Origin: Neovahlkampfia damariscottae
Lineage: Eukaryota
Direction: 5' to 3'
DNA: 64,000 nucleotides
Assembly: GCA_016618085.1 (NCBI GenBank)
Contig: JABLTG010000002.1
Location: forward strand, 310,001 to 374,000
Part shown: piece by piece, positions 23,575-37,572 of the stretch
How positions within the stretch are numbered: the first letter of the stretch is position 1
Layout of the letters: every line of letters begins with the position of its first letter
Notes under the pieces: generated by a model
Database searches by the model: none
What the model saw: only the letters and a program-made list of their open reading frames with translations
What the model was told of the DNA's origin: nothing
Position numbers and translations under genes: made by a program

Positions 23575-24602
23575 TTATTCATTTTTATTCTTTTTCAAAA
23601 CCTAAAAATGATTAAAAATAAATAAATTCGACTTACAGGAAGAAAATGCAAATGATAATCAGTATCTCTTTCTCTCTTCATTTTTTGTTGATTAAATTTC
23701 AATTGATGAGCCGGAGCAGCAGTTTCACCAGATTTGACACGATCAGACCAATGCTTATAATCACTATACTGTTTTACTTGTCTCAATTCTTTTTCAGCTT
23801 CTGCAATCAATAATTTCTTTTTCAATTTATCCAAAGCATCATCTTCTTCTAATTCAGTAAAATCAAAGTTTGGCATATATTTGAACTGTAACATTCTACT
23901 ATCTCGAAAATTGATTTTGTGCATATTTAAACTTAAAGCCACTCTCTTTGCAATAGATTTCTTTTCAAATTCAATATAATATCCGTTCAATGTTTTTCTA
24001 TTCGCTTTCACACGATAATCTTCTTTGATACGGGTGACTGTTCCATAAGGCTCCAAATAACTGATTAATTTATCTTTGTTACAATATTCTTTAGGTGGTC
24101 TTGATAAAAAAACAACTCCTTTTAACTTCTTTTTCAATTTTAATTTTTGATAATCTAATGGTTTAACATATTTTGGTTTTCCAATTGGAATTTCTTCTAA
24201 AGGAACTAAAAAAAGTTAATGAAAAAATTGAAAAATACTTTCTTCTTCTTTTTTCTTTTTTTCTTTTTTTTCTTTCTTTTTTTGTAACTCCTTTTTGTAG
24301 ATTTCGTCTGCATCTTCATCTTCGTTATAAAAATCTTCTCTGACTGAAAAACCTTGTGATTCTTCCTCTTCCTCCTCTTCTTCTGTGTCATTATCATTAC
24401 TTTCATCATTTGATTCATCTTCTTCTTCTTTTTCTGATTCTGAATTTATTTCGTTTGACGACGAAACTTCTTCATTGTTTTCATCATCTTCTTCTTCTTC
24501 TTCTTCATCATATTCTTCATAATTCTTGTTTTTTTGTTTTGTTGTGAATACTTCTTCATCTGAATCAGTATCACTTCCGTAGAGGTTAATTATTTTGGAC
24601 AT
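23575..24602 (-). CDS. ESF2: Pre-rRNA processing factor ESF2/ABT1 (RRM), 3 exons
   Basis: Acidic N-terminus, then GVVFLSRPP...YGTVTRI...GYYIEFEKKSIAKRVALSLN...KYMPNF. Confidence 0.88.
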
Positions 24603-24645
24603 TGTGAAAGATCTGATTGGATAAAAAAAATAAAGGCAAAATTTA

Positions 24646-27330
24646 TCAGTTTTCAATTTCAATCTCAAATGATTTCATTTCATTCAATTCCAAGAAAATC
24701 AGAGAATTTGTTCTTCCAACTTTAACAAATTAGAATTAAAATTTACCACTTACAATTTTCTAAATTTGTGATTGATTTTTGAAAGATTTTATCAATTTTG
24801 AATTTGAAAATGTTTTTTAATTCAATCCAAATACCTTTAGAAAAATCAGAATTTTCTTCTTTTTCATAAATGTGATTTAAAGTCAAGAAAAGTTTGTTTT
24901 CAATTTGTTTCAAACTCATCACGTTGACATTTCTTGGGAACTCATTTTTCAAGAATGAGTAGTATTTTTTGAATTGAAGGCTTTGATTTGGTTCAATTTG
25001 GAAGAATTCCAGTGGATAATTGAATAAATAATTTTGGTAATGCCTATTGGCTGAAGCATCTTTCATATTAGAATCATAGAAGATTCTAAATTTGGAATTT
25101 AACAATGAATCATCATCTAATATCTCACCTACACCTCTTCCGTCATCATAGTTAGTTCTTCTTAATAGCATCAATTCAATTTCTCCTTCTTTTTTTATAG
25201 ATCCTCCAGCAAGTGTTTTGTCTGTCAAAAGAGTGAAATATGAGCTTGAATCATTGATATACGCTGAATAGACGATTGGATAATAGTTTCCGGCGACAGG
25301 TTCAGGTGAATCATGTTTGAATTTTCTCAATTTCATTTCAAGCCCATTGTTATCGGTATAGATTTCTCTTTTGTTTTTGATGGATGTTTTGATTTTTAAT
25401 ATCAATTCATTGTCCATAACCAAAGGTTGTTTACCTTTTATTTCCAAATCCAAGTATTTGAATTTCTTAAATATTCTAGTGACGTGGGTTATTTTAGTGG
25501 GAAATTCCAATGTTTCTTCATTCACCAATGAACCAGAATATTGTTTTCTAGAAGGATTTCCAAGGTCTAATGGAATATCATGATCTGGTCGAAATATATA
25601 AACACCACTTTTTTGACCACCTCCATTGAAAGGTTTGTAAACTTGATATCTAAATTCCAAATTCCTATGTACAGGCAAATGAAAGGAGAGTTTCTTAGAG
25701 TTTCCCATTCTTTTCAATTTGTAACTCATGAAACCAATAGGAGGTAATGTAATTTCAAAAAATATTTCATAACCGTTTTCTCTTTTGATGGATTCTGATT
25801 CGATTACTTTTTGAGAAAAATCTACAATTTGGATGTTCTTGATGTTGGTAAAGAAAGAGAACATTTCATTTCTTTTCCACCCCAAAGAATTAAATAAAAC
25901 TATATCATGCCTATTTTCATTTTCATTGAAATGTATTCTTTTTGTTGGCAATCCAATAATTGGAACTCTTGAATTTTCTTTTATTGATAATAAAGACTCC
26001 AATGATTCCTTTACAACAAAAAATTGATTTCTAAGACCTGAAATCAATTTTCTATTGTAATTTTGACGTACATGAGTCTTTGCAGTTCCTGTAATTCCAT
26101 CATGATGTTGCATTTCTCCATTGTTCTGTTGGCCTATCAAAATCCTTGCAAAGTCATTTTTGTTATTTCTTTTCATGTCAATATTCGAAGCAACTGAAAG
26201 AATTTGGGAAGATTTCAATGAGGATTCTAATAATCTGGTCAATTTTTTTAACACAGGATAAGAAGTGAAATAACCTGTCCAATATGATTTATCATTGTCT
26301 TTGTATGGAAAGAAATCCTGTTCGTTTCTTTTTGGCCATGAAGTTTCTTTTTCAATTGCTTCAAAGTAATCAGAAAGTAAAGAAAATTTCAAATTCATCT
26401 TGAACTTTGATCTGTTTTCATTGATGTAATCAATCATTAACGTCATATTTCCAAACATTCTTTGTGGTTCTCTAAATGTGAAATCACACCCGTAGGTATG
26501 TAAATAATTATTTGTTTTGTATGCTTTTGCTCTTTCACGAATTTTTTCAGCATAAATTTCAGATTGTTTTTTGATGTTTTCAGGAGTTAATGGAGGACTA
26601 TTTCTTGGATTGTAACCCCAAGGATATGAACCTTCCCAATCTACAGGTGAAAATGTACAATAACTGTCATAAAGAATATGAGTAAAAATGTCAGTTTTGT
26701 TTGAATTTTTTGATGTTCTCCAAATGAATTCCATTTGTTTATTCTCTCTTAATCTATTTTTCAACTGATAATCGATTCTGGCAATAACGTGATACTTAAA
26801 TCCCATTCTTTTATAAATACCAGCCATAACTGAAGATAAACCAAATGGGTCAATTTGCCAACCAATCTAAAATTAACTTTGTTTTTTTGACTTACTCTTG
26901 GGATAATTCCGAATTCTTTATGTAACCATTGATTTCCCAAAGATATTTGATCAATAATAGATGAGTAAGTTGGACAAGCATCGTCATTCATTACCCATCC
27001 ACCTAAAACAAATTCTATTTGTTTTGTTTTGAACAACAATTCTTTGAATTTTTTTTTGATGTAATCATCTTGTTCACTCCACCATTTTGAAAAAAAAATA
27101 GTTTCAACCCACATAAATTTTGCATTTTTATCTCTAATCAATAAATTGATTGTGTTAGTGAGAATGTTTTTAACAACAATATCATAATATTCTTCAGTTG
27201 TTTTCAACCATCCTGCGTCACAATGTGAATTAGGAACAATGAATACATTCAATATTTCTTCTTTTTTCAAAGAGTTTTCTGTTGAAGCGAAACAGAGGAG
27301 AACAAACACAAACAGAAAAAAGAATTTCAT
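24646..27330 (-). CDS. GH38 alpha-mannosidase (3 exons)
   Basis: Signal peptide; VPNSHCDAGW; GGWVMNDDA; spliced GWQIDPFG; YWTGYFTS; QHHDGITGT; YTDNNG; GNYYP; DDGRGVGE. Confidence 0.95.
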
Positions 27331-27370
27331 TGGTGGAAAAAAAATCAATCTCTGGTGAATATCAAACATT

Positions 27371-28327
27371 TTAATTTGTATTCACAAAAAGAATATTTTC
27401 TTCTTCGCAAATACTCTTATCCTTCAACCAAACTTCTCTTGAAACTCCATTGCAATTTGAAAATACTTCTTTGAAACCCATTTGGGTCATGTATGGAATG
27501 ATATTCTCTCTTGTATTGGAAGCTTTGGAATAATAAGCTCCTTTCTTTACAGTTACTTCCAATTTGATTTTTTGAATTCTTTTTAAGTATTCTCCGGCAG
27601 ATAAGATAACATTGAAATCTGAGAAATTGTTTAGTATTTATTTGTTAAAATACCTTCACCTTGAGCATCTACTTCGAGATATGTGATCTCAAAGTTTTCT
27701 GGAATACAAGGAAGAACAGAATCTAAGCGTAGAACGGGTACCAATACAACTATCAAAGTGAGAATTTCATTAGAGATCCTTACCGTCAGTCAACCATTTT
27801 TCTTTTATATTTTTTGTAAAATCATTGAGAGAATGTGAGTATGAACCACCGCCACCACCAACATTGAACTTTGCAACTCCATTGTAAACACTAACTGCTG
27901 TCGGAATGACTTTCAAATTTTTGTGAAGTTGATTGTTTTTCATAGCATAATCTAATTTTGGTTCAAATGCAATGACAAATTCTTCATCATTATTAGGTCT
28001 AACAGGATCCAAATGTGTACCGACGTCCATTTTGATTTTTTTAACTCCGCTTGGAACATTCAAAGAAAATTTCTTGCATTTTGCTTTGACATCTTTATCC
28101 AAAGTCCGAACAACTGGAACGTCAAAAGACACTTTTTTAGATCCTTTTGAACATTTTTCTTTCAAAACTTCGCATTTTTGCTTTTCAAAATTGACATCTT
28201 CGAGTCTCTCTATCCTTAAATGTTCCATTTGAAAATCAAAGTAATACTTATATCCGACAGTGAAGATAATCATGAAACAAAAAGCAGCGCTAAGAGCTAT
28301 TTTTTGGAAACGAGATGTGTGGAGCAT
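27371..28327 (-). CDS. Type II membrane FkbM-family methyltransferase (3 exons)
   Basis: N-terminal TM anchor; MDVG; VIAFEP; TAVS...G; VPVLRLDS; YLEVDAQG|DFNVI. Confidence 0.75.
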
Positions 28328-28669
28328 TTTATCACCGTTTATTTTTTTAACCTCCGCACCAATCAAATAATTTCTATTTATGTGCTTACTTTGTTAATTT
28401 TTCCGTCTCGATGCTGGACTTTGGATAAATTATTGCTGAATTGAACAATACTAAAAACCACCATTGTAAATTAAAAAACTAGTCAGATTTTTCAACTTTT
28501 CTTTTCGGTTTTTTATTTAATCAATTTCTCATCTATTTTTATTTGAAACATTGACTATGCAATTTGGAACAAAGATGTGAAATGTTGACATCAAAAATAC
28601 AAAGAAATAATTGGTTATTTTTCATACATTTTTATTGGATAATAATTCTCCTATAGAAAGTTCAGCTCA

Positions 28670-29566
28670 ATGGTCCTGGCGTCATTCGGATTATTTTCAA
28701 CTTTTGTTCTGATACTTTTATATTTCACAATATTATGTACAGCTTATTTCTGTTTTATTTTGACATTAAAAGAACTTTATAAATTTCAATTCAATTTATT
28801 TTTGACACTAACTCTGACAACTTTTTCCAGATTTTCACAAAACTTATTAATTTTTTTAACTGGACTACTTCAAATCAAAAGTGAATTTATTTTTGAATTA
28901 CAAGCATTTTTAGATAATTTTGGCGTTTTTTTTGGTTTTTGTGTTTACATGACTCTTGTGTTATTTTGGGCTGAACAACATTACAGAAGAAAAAACAAAG
29001 AAATTAACACAAGGACTGTTCATGTTCTGTTTTACATTATCATTGCTATTTTTTTGTTCATACTTGTATGTATTGGTATTTTCTTTTTAGCAATTGATGA
29101 GTTTCATCCAAATTCAATCATTTACAGATTAATTAGGTTAACAATGAGAATAATATCAACGGTATTTATTGTTTGTGGACTGTTATTTTATGGTTTAAAC
29201 TTGTATGTCACAATAAAACAATCAGAATACAAAGATTCAGTGTCTCAAAATATTTACAAAAAAATTGGTTCTCTGACAATATTTTGTACATTAATTTACA
29301 TTTTATTCCTTTTTTATAACATTTTAACGTTCATTTTAGGAGATTCATGGATTTATTTTGAATTCAAATTCATGTTCAAATTCATTTTTTCACTTGTTGA
29401 AATTGCTGGATTTCTTTTATTGATTTTTGTTTGCAGACCAAAAAATTTTTTGAATTGTTTTGGAAAATACAACAAACCTATCATGTTTGAAAATGATCCT
29501 GACTTAGATTCATCTTCAAATTTGTTTTATCATCAAAATAATGAAACAGTTGATTATGTTGAATAA
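28670..29566 (+). CDS. 7-TM membrane protein (GPCR-like / TOM1-THH1-like)
   Basis: About seven hydrophobic helices; YMTLVLFWAE; FYGLNL; acidic tail. Confidence 0.7.
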   Translation: MVLASFGLFSTFVLILLYFTILCTAYFCFILTLKELYKFQFNLFLTLTLTTFSRFSQNLLIFLTGLLQIKSEFIFELQAFLDNFGVFFGFCVYMTLVLFWAEQHYRRKNKEINTRTVHVLFYIIIAIFLFILVCIGIFFLAIDEFHPNSIIYRLIRLTMRIISTVFIVCGLLFYGLNLYVTIKQSEYKDSVSQNIYKKIGSLTIFCTLIYILFLFYNILTFILGDSWIYFEFKFMFKFIFSLVEIAGFLLLIFVCRPKNFLNCFGKYNKPIMFENDPDLDSSSNLFYHQNNETVDYVE

Positions 29567-29575
29567 AAAAGGAAT

Positions 29576-30692
29576 TTATTGATTGATTGCCACTCCAATT
29601 TTATTTTTTGATTGAACACCATTAATTGTGAAGTATTCAATGATCTTTTTAGGTATATTTTTTAATATGATTTCATACATTGCCTCTGGTTCTTCCAAGA
29701 ATTTCTTCATTGAAATAAATTGAACATTGTGTCGTTTGCTGATACCAGATTCTAAGAGGTTTTTTTGAAGAATCCAATATGTTCATTAACTCAAAATTAT
29801 CCTCTCCTATCCCAATGATTAAAATAGACATGGATTTTTTGATGCTTCAATTAACCTTGGACAGATTTTTCAAGGTCATTAATATCACCTACAAAGATAA
29901 CAAGGATGTGGTGCTTCTCTTTGGTGATTATTTCTTGCAATTTCATTTGATTTTTCATCAAAAGAATGGATTCACTAAATTGTTGTAAAGTAGTTCTGAC
30001 AGAAAAAGAAGAGAATTTTCGAGTTCTACCAGTGATGATTTACCAGATACATATTTTTTTAAATCTTCTTCAACAAGCGGATTAATATTTTCTAAAATGT
30101 TGGTGTGTGTAAAATAACCTTTTAATTTCAAAATTAAATTGTTCTAAAAATGAGCTAAAATCATCCTTTTCGAAATTTTGGATTTGAATACCAAGTTTGA
30201 TGGAATACTTCTTTGATATAAATGTTTTTCTCAATCCATTGAATAATATTTTCAACTCTTTTTCATCTTTTTCGTAATAAAACTTTTTAATTTTTTTCAA
30301 TAAAATTTCAACACTCTTTTGCATGATGCATTGCATGATCTTTCGGTGTATTTTGATTTATAATTATGATTATATTTGCTCCATTATGTATTTGAAGTCT
30401 TAAAAGATGAGAATAATTTTTCGATTGATTCTTGTTTTCAGAGAATTTTCAATTTTTATCTTTGACAATCAAACTTTCCATAAAATTTTTGTTCATTGAA
30501 TAGAGAGAATGTCAAATGTTGTATCTTTGAAAAATTAAATTCTTTTTCATAACAGTTAGAAAAATCCAATACATTTTCTTTTTGAGAGATTTCAATTGTT
30601 TTTACATTTCTACCAATGTCATGATCATAAATTAAAAGGTGCTACATTTCATCTTTGAAGTTTAAACTATGACAAAAAATGGTAAAACTCAT
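29576..30692 (-). pseudogene. Degenerate copine-like (vWA) gene
   Basis: HHILVIFVGDINDLE...IEASK...MSILIIGIGEDNFELMNILD...RHNVQFISM...NIPKKIIEYF matches the copine vWA end, but with stops and frameshifts at about 29830-29855 and upstream. Confidence 0.6.
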
Positions 30693-30919
30693 TAAATTGT
30701 TTGTCTCATGTTCATCCTTCACCATTTTTTCTTTTTTTGTTCTTATTGGTGGAGATTTTCACAAATTTAAAAAAACAACTTAACATTTTTTTATTTTCAT
30801 ATATAAAAATCAAGAAAATAAGTTCAATTGTAAATTTGAAGAAAATGGAAAGTATAATTGACCAATCAACAATTTTTCGGTTAACAAAACTCAAATTATT
30901 GCGCAATTTCAAACAAAAA

Positions 30920-33900
30920 ATGGAGTGGCCATCAAAAAAGATTAGACAAACTTTTCTCGATTATTTTGTTCAAAAACAATCACATACATTCGTAAAATCA
31001 AGTCCAGTCATTCCTTATGACGATAAAACATTACTTTTCGCAAATGCTGGGTAAACACAACGTTCAAATTAATTTCTATAGAATGAATCAATTTAAACCA
31101 ATTTTCTTGGGTACTGTAAATCCAAAGAGTGAATTATCAAAATTAAAAAGAGCAACAAACTCACAAAAATGTATTCGTGCTGGAGGTAAACATAATGATT
31201 TAGATGATGTTGGAACAGATGGTACTCATCACACATTTTTTGAAATGCTTGGAAATTGGTCTTTCGGAGATTACTTTAAAGCAGAAGCAATAGGTTTCTG
31301 TTATGAATTATTGACAAAAGTTTATGGTCTTGATGAAAATCGTTTATACGCAAGTTACTTTGGTGGTGATGAAAAACTTGGTTTAAAACCTGATTTGGAA
31401 GCAAAAGAAATTTGGGAGAAATATTTACCAAAAGAAAAGGTTCTTCCATTTGGCACTAAAGATAATTTTTGGGAAATGGGTGATACAGGTCCTTGTGGTC
31501 CTTGTTCAGAAATTCATTATGATTTTGTTGGTGGAAGAGATGCTGCTTCATTAGTAAACATTGATGATCCAACAGTTATTGAAATTTGGAATAATGTTTT
31601 TATTCAATATAACCGTTTGGAAAATGGTGAATTAAAAACATTACCATTCAAACATGTTGATACAGGAATGGGTTTTGAAAGAATTACTTCTATTTTACAA
31701 AATGTTTCAACCAATTATGATACAGTATGTATTTCATTTGGTTTAATTTTTGTTTTAGGATTTATTTTTACCAATTTTCAAAAAAATTCAAGAAACAACA
31801 GGATGTCGTGATTATACAGCTAAATATAAAAAAGATGATGTTGATGGTGTTGATACTGCTTATAGAGTTGTTGCTGATCATTTAAGATGTATCTGTATTG
31901 CTATTGCAGATGGTGGTGTACCAGATAACTATGGTAGAGGTTATATTTTACGTAGAATTATTAGAAGAGCTGTAACTTATGGACACAAATATCTTGGTGC
32001 TAAAAAAGGTTTCTTCAGTACTTTACCTCCAATTATTGGTGAATTATTGGGTGATTTCTTCCCAGAAGTCAAAGTTGATTTAGAAAATATACAAGCAATT
32101 ATTTATGATGAAGAAGTTTCATTTAGTAGAACATTGACAAATGGATTGAAATATTTTGAAAAAAGTAAGAATTAGAGTGTTAAACATGTTTAAAAGTTGC
32201 TGAACAATCAAAAACTGATGGTGTTATTTCAGGTGCTAAAGCATTTTTACTATATGATACTTATGGTTTTCCACTTGAAGATACAATTTTATACGCAAAA
32301 GAAAAAGGTTTAAAAGTTGATTTAGAAGGATATGAAGTTGAAAAAAAAAAAGGAATTGAAGCATCAAAAAAAGTTGTTTCAAAAGAATCAGTGGTTTCAA
32401 TGAAAATGGAAGCGGAACAAGTTAAAGTCTTACAAGATAAAAAAATCACAACAACAAATACAACTTCTATTTATGAATGGATAAATACTGAATCAAAAGT
32501 TGTTGGAATTCTCAAAGATTTGGAATTCTTTGAAGAAATTGAATTTAAAAAAAAAAATGCAAAAGAAACACCATTTGGAATTATTGTTGATCAAACATCA
32601 TTCTATCCAGAACAAGGAGGTCAAACTTATGATATTGGTACTTTCACTTTAACAGAAGATGTTTTATTTGATGTTAAAAATGTCCAAACATTTGGTGGTT
32701 ATATTGGTAAAAAACTTGATTATTAATTGTTTAAACAGTTCACACTGGATATATGAAACTTTCAAAAGATGTCAAAAGTTATAAATTAAAAGTTAGTGAT
32801 ATATTGAAATGTGATGTTGATTTTGAACAAAGTAAGTTTACAAATGGTTAATTAATACTTCAAAGGAAAATTGGTTGCAGCAAATCACACATCAACTCAT
32901 TTATTGAATTTTTCACTTTCAAAAGTATTAGGTGATGGAACAAACCAAAAAGGATCAGATGTGAAACCTGATAAATTTAGATTTGATTTTTCACATAATA
33001 AACAAATTCCAACTTCAGATTTAACAAAAATTCAAAACATTGTTCAAGAACAAATCAAAAGCAATTTTCCAGTTTATACTTCAATTTTAGATTTAAATGA
33101 AGCATACAAAGTACCTGGTGTTCAAGCTTTATTTGGTGAAAATTATCCAAATCCGGTCAGAGTAATTAGTGTTGGAGTGAAACCAGAAGAATTAAAAGAA
33201 GCTGGAAATGTTTCTATTGAATTTTGTGGTGGTACTCATTTAAAAAATACATCTGAAGCAAAAACATTTGTCATTTTAAGAGAAGAAGGTATTTCAAAAG
33301 GTACAAGACGTATTATTGCTGCTACAGGTGATTTAGCTGAACGTTCAATTGCAAATGGAAAACAATTCAAAAAATCAATTGAAAGTTGTAAAAATCTTGA
33401 AGATGCAAATGAATTCATGGCAAAAGTATCAGAATTACAAACACAACTTGATAAAATTGAAAATATTCCATTATTATTGAAACATGAATTGAAAGAAGAA
33501 TTGACTGTTGAATTTAAAAAGGGAAAAGCAATGCTTAAAGAAATCGAAAATGAAATATTGAATAAAGTCAAAACACATTTTGAAACACTTGCAAAAGAAA
33601 ACAAAGAAAAATTCATTGTTGAAGATGTTACTCATTTTGGAGGTGGAAGAAATGCATTAAACAAAGGAATGGATATTTTGAAAAAGAAATTATCAAAAAT
33701 TCCATCAGTTTTGTTTTGTGTTGATCAAAATAAATTACACATTAGTTGTATTGTGCCAAAAGATTTAGAAGGAGATGTGAATGCTGGTGATTTGATTAAA
33801 GATTTATGTTCAAAATGTGGTGGTTCAGGTGGAGGAAAAAAAGATAAAGCTCAAGGACAAGGACCAGAAATTGAAAAAATTGATGAATTGATTTCACTTT

Positions 33901-33929
33901 CAAAAGAATATTTTTCAAATAAACTTTAA
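30920..33929 (+). CDS. AARS: Alanyl-tRNA synthetase (multi-exon)
   Basis: [58 protein letters not shown]; editing NHTSTH and EFCGGTH; GGSGGG. Confidence 0.98.
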
Positions 33930-34564
33930 ATTAAGTGTCTGGAAACATCAGAATTTGTTGATTGGATAAATGAAAATTAGGAGTATTGAGAGACCAAATA
34001 AACTGAATTTTTTCATCCTAAACGAGTTCAGGATAATTTTCCTTCAATATAAAAGTGCATCAATTGAATATTATTTATCTCAAAAATTCATGCAAGAAGA
34101 ATTTTCACACGTTGAAACAAACAACAAACTGAACAGAACAATCAATATTCCTTATTGTCGTTGTGAGGGGGAGATGAAAAGTTCTATTCTGAAATTGAAC
34201 TTTTTGGAGACTGTTTTGTGTTGAACGATGGTAAACCATATGTTTCTGGAAACGAATTAATTTTATTTTATTCTGAGCAACTGAAATTCGAATAAATTCT
34301 TTGAAAAAGATTTAAATTGAATTTCACCCAAAGATAACAGAAGCCAATTGAATTTCACAACAAACTAAAAAGAAAGCATTTGGAAAAATTTGGATTGGCT
34401 TCAAAAAAGTGATTTGTATTTTTTGAACTCGAGATTGAAGTCGTAAAAATCTGGATTGGTGGATTTATGTGGAAAGAGACTAGCCAATAGAATTTTAACT
34501 TTGATGTTGGCATTTTTTGTTCATTCTAATCTCTAAATGAGTATCGATTTCAATGTGAATTTTT

Positions 34565-35757
34565 TTATTGTAATTCTTCAAAGCCATCACATTCATCAAT
34601 AAATCCACTGCCAAATGCTAAAGATGGAGTCAAAAATCCATGTTTTGATTCGTCAATTTTTCCACCTAAAATTCTATCAACAATTCTAACAGCTAAAAAA
34701 AATTAAAAATCTATGAAAACAAAAATACCAGTATCTGCAGTAAGTGGATAACCAGAAGGAACAGCGTATTGAATTTCAACTTTTTCTCCTTTCGAATTTT
34801 TTGCTGTACCAATGAAATGAGTTTTCAAATTTTTAACTTTTTCAACATCAGGACCATCAACAAACATGTCAACTAATTTCAAAAGTATTGTTTGAATAAA
34901 TGGCAAATACATAAAAATGAATAAAAAGTAATACAAAAACAAGATTTGGTTTTTAGCAACAGGCATGAAAACTTTGATGTTTTTAACTCCAGTTGAATGA
35001 TATGCTGTTGATACATCACCCCATCCTGCCAATGATAATTCTCTTTTTTTGTTGATGCCTTTTACTTCATATGTTCTGAATTCAGGTGCAGATTTCACAA
35101 TTTGACCATCTTTACGATATTTTATTAAATCTTGATGTACCATGCCAATGACCATTGTCTTGGTTGTTCCTCTTGAAGTTTCTGAGCCTTTTGAATTATT
35201 TGGACAGAATGCAAGTTCGATTTCTGTAGCATCAGGTAATTTTTCTTTCAATTTTTGAGCTAAACAATCTGAAGGAACAACATCAAAACCTAAAAACAAA
35301 GTTTAAAAAAAATCCGGATGATTACCAATTCCAGGTAAAACAAAAATATTTTTTTTTTTTGCTTTTTCATGATATGTTGATAAACCTTCAAAAACATCAA
35401 TTTCACCAGTTACATCAGTATAATGAACACCTTTTTTAAGACATACTTCAACAATTTGTTTGTAAGTTTCAATAAAAGGACCTCCACAATGAAGAATTGT
35501 ATGAACTCCTTCAAAGTGTTTTTCCAAATCTTTATCGTCAACTGAGAATACTCTAATATCTTTTATTTCATATTTTTTAGCATGTGCTTTCACTTTTTCT
35601 TCATTTCTTCCACCAATTATCATGTTTTCTTTTAATCCTCTTTTGATTGCTAATTCTGTGATTAATTTTCCAGTGTATCCATAGGCTCCTGAGAAAATTT
35701 AGTTTTTTTTGTTGTTTAACCATAAAGTAAGAATTTCTTTCCTTCGTGTAACACCAT
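34565..35757 (-). CDS. Saccharopine-dehydrogenase-like oxidoreductase (4 exons)
   Basis: LLYG|AYGYTG; GGRN; HCGGPF; HYTDVTGE; GFDVVPSD; SRGT; WGDVSTAYHSTG; GFLTPSLAFG. Confidence 0.9.
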
Positions 35758-36640
35758 CTTCTTGCTTCTAATGGAGATGAGTTTGATTGGTCGAATAATA
35801 CAAACTCCGAAATGGAACCTATATTCTCAAACTATCACAAAAATGGTCATTGATGATGTTCAGTTCATATTTTTCTCTGATTGTGACATTTTTTTTTTTT
35901 TTTTTTTTCTGATGCAATTTCTTCGCCTGTTCTGATAATTCTTTCTAATCCAAACTCTAATGTAATCTTAACACGAATAATTCATATCTAGCTTCTCTAA
36001 ATTTCAGATAATGCATCCAAGATGAAATTTATTTTTTCATCAATGCCTCTTTCTTTTGTCATGTCTTGCATTTACTAGACTAATAATATAACTTGTAATT
36101 CTCCATATAGAGAAAACGGAGATTTTGCATTTAAATTTCCACTTGAATCATCCATTTGAATTGGTGTTAAACTATTCATTTACTGTATCATCAACTGAAT
36201 TTGCAAAACGAGAAGAAAATTCCAATTAGTTCGAATTACTTGATTGCAATTCCCATTTTTTTGACACTTTTATTTGGTCTCAAATCAATGAAAAATTCAG
36301 GTAAAATATATCATTCATCCAAACAAAACGTTTTTATAGTTATGCTAAAAATAGCACCCAATCAAAATGATAAGTTCATCCAAAAGAACCAACATCAAGT
36401 TCGACAAAGAGGAAGGTTTTGCAGAATAACAATCAAACTTTCTGTTTCTAAAACAAAAATTGGAAAAAGTGACTGGACTGACGAAATAAGACAAGTTCAT
36501 TCACCGGTTGGTGCTTAAGTCTTGTTTGAAGTACAAATTCTTTATATTCTTCGTATTCCATTTGAATTTGATCCTTGAAATTTGTTCAATAAAATGTGTC
36601 TTCCAATAAAATTGATTTATCAAAAATTTAAATTTGAATT

Positions 36641-36812
36641 GGTGGGAAGGTTAATGGTGGGGTGGGAAAAATATATTTTTTTATTTTTTTGGTGGGAATT
36701 TCGGTGGGAGTGGGACTGGTGTGGTGGATGTCAAGATTGGTACCGAGCGGTTTGTAAGTAAGTATAGGATAGTCAGCGCAGCGTACCATGAAAATGGGAC
36801 TATTCCTACTAT
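36641..36812. other. G-rich GGTGGG repeat cluster plus adjacent hairpin
   Basis: Several GGTGGG units in an otherwise AT-rich window; AGGATAGTC...GACTATTCCT stem enclosing CCAT-GAAA-ATGG. Confidence 0.4.
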
Positions 36813-37572
36813 TTTCTTCTTGTTTACTTCCAAAGAGGTAAATTGTGATAATAATTAGTGCCTAAAAATTGTTTCAAATAAAAATTCAATTTTGAAATCT
36901 TCTCTTCATCATTTTTTAAATTCAAATATTTCAATGGTAATAAATACTCATATCATCTAGAAATGCATTGATTTTTTGCAATTATTTGAAATTGTTTGTT
37001 GTTCGTTGAGCTGAAATAATAAATATATCCTCTGGTAATTTTTCATTAATTCTATCATCTAAATGGAAGCCAAGTGAATTATTTTCCAATTCAGTTTCTT
37101 TAATCATTAATTTAGCACTTAACACAGTTGAACTGGAATGGACGCTTAAAAAGGTTAAATTGTCGTTTTTTTCATATCTTTATCAGTCCTTGAATTCCTG
37201 TTGAATCCAATTTTTGTTGAGTTTTCAAAATTTGAAATGAAATCCAATTTTTTGAATTTTTCAAAAATAGTTCCTTCCACAGTTTTTGAAAGTGGAAGAG
37301 CATGGTTTATTTGACTACCTCAGTATTTTGAACCTACGCATCCAAAAACCAAATCTTTTTTTTGTTATTTTTTCCACATCCATTCAATTTAATTTATCTC
37401 TCAAACAACGTTGTCCAATAAAAAGAGATACAAATGCTAATAATTGGCTGATTTAATCCAAGAAAAAAGAGATTTTGCTTTCCATTGTTCTTTGGAATCT
37501 TCGAATTGAGAAATTGGAACAATAAAAGACCAATCAAATTTCCTCAGAACCATACTTACTCATTGGAAAGAC

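Noticed and set aside
33970..34300. ORF 33970-34224 and an overlapping fragment
   Set aside because: No recognisable domain or consistent splice model; at most a gene remnant.
36730..36760. tRNA-Leu-like 5' sequence
   Set aside because: No B-box or T-arm and no cloverleaf downstream.
35800..37400. ORF 36201-36518 and minus-strand coding-like fragments
   Set aside because: Interrupted by stops, with no family assignable.
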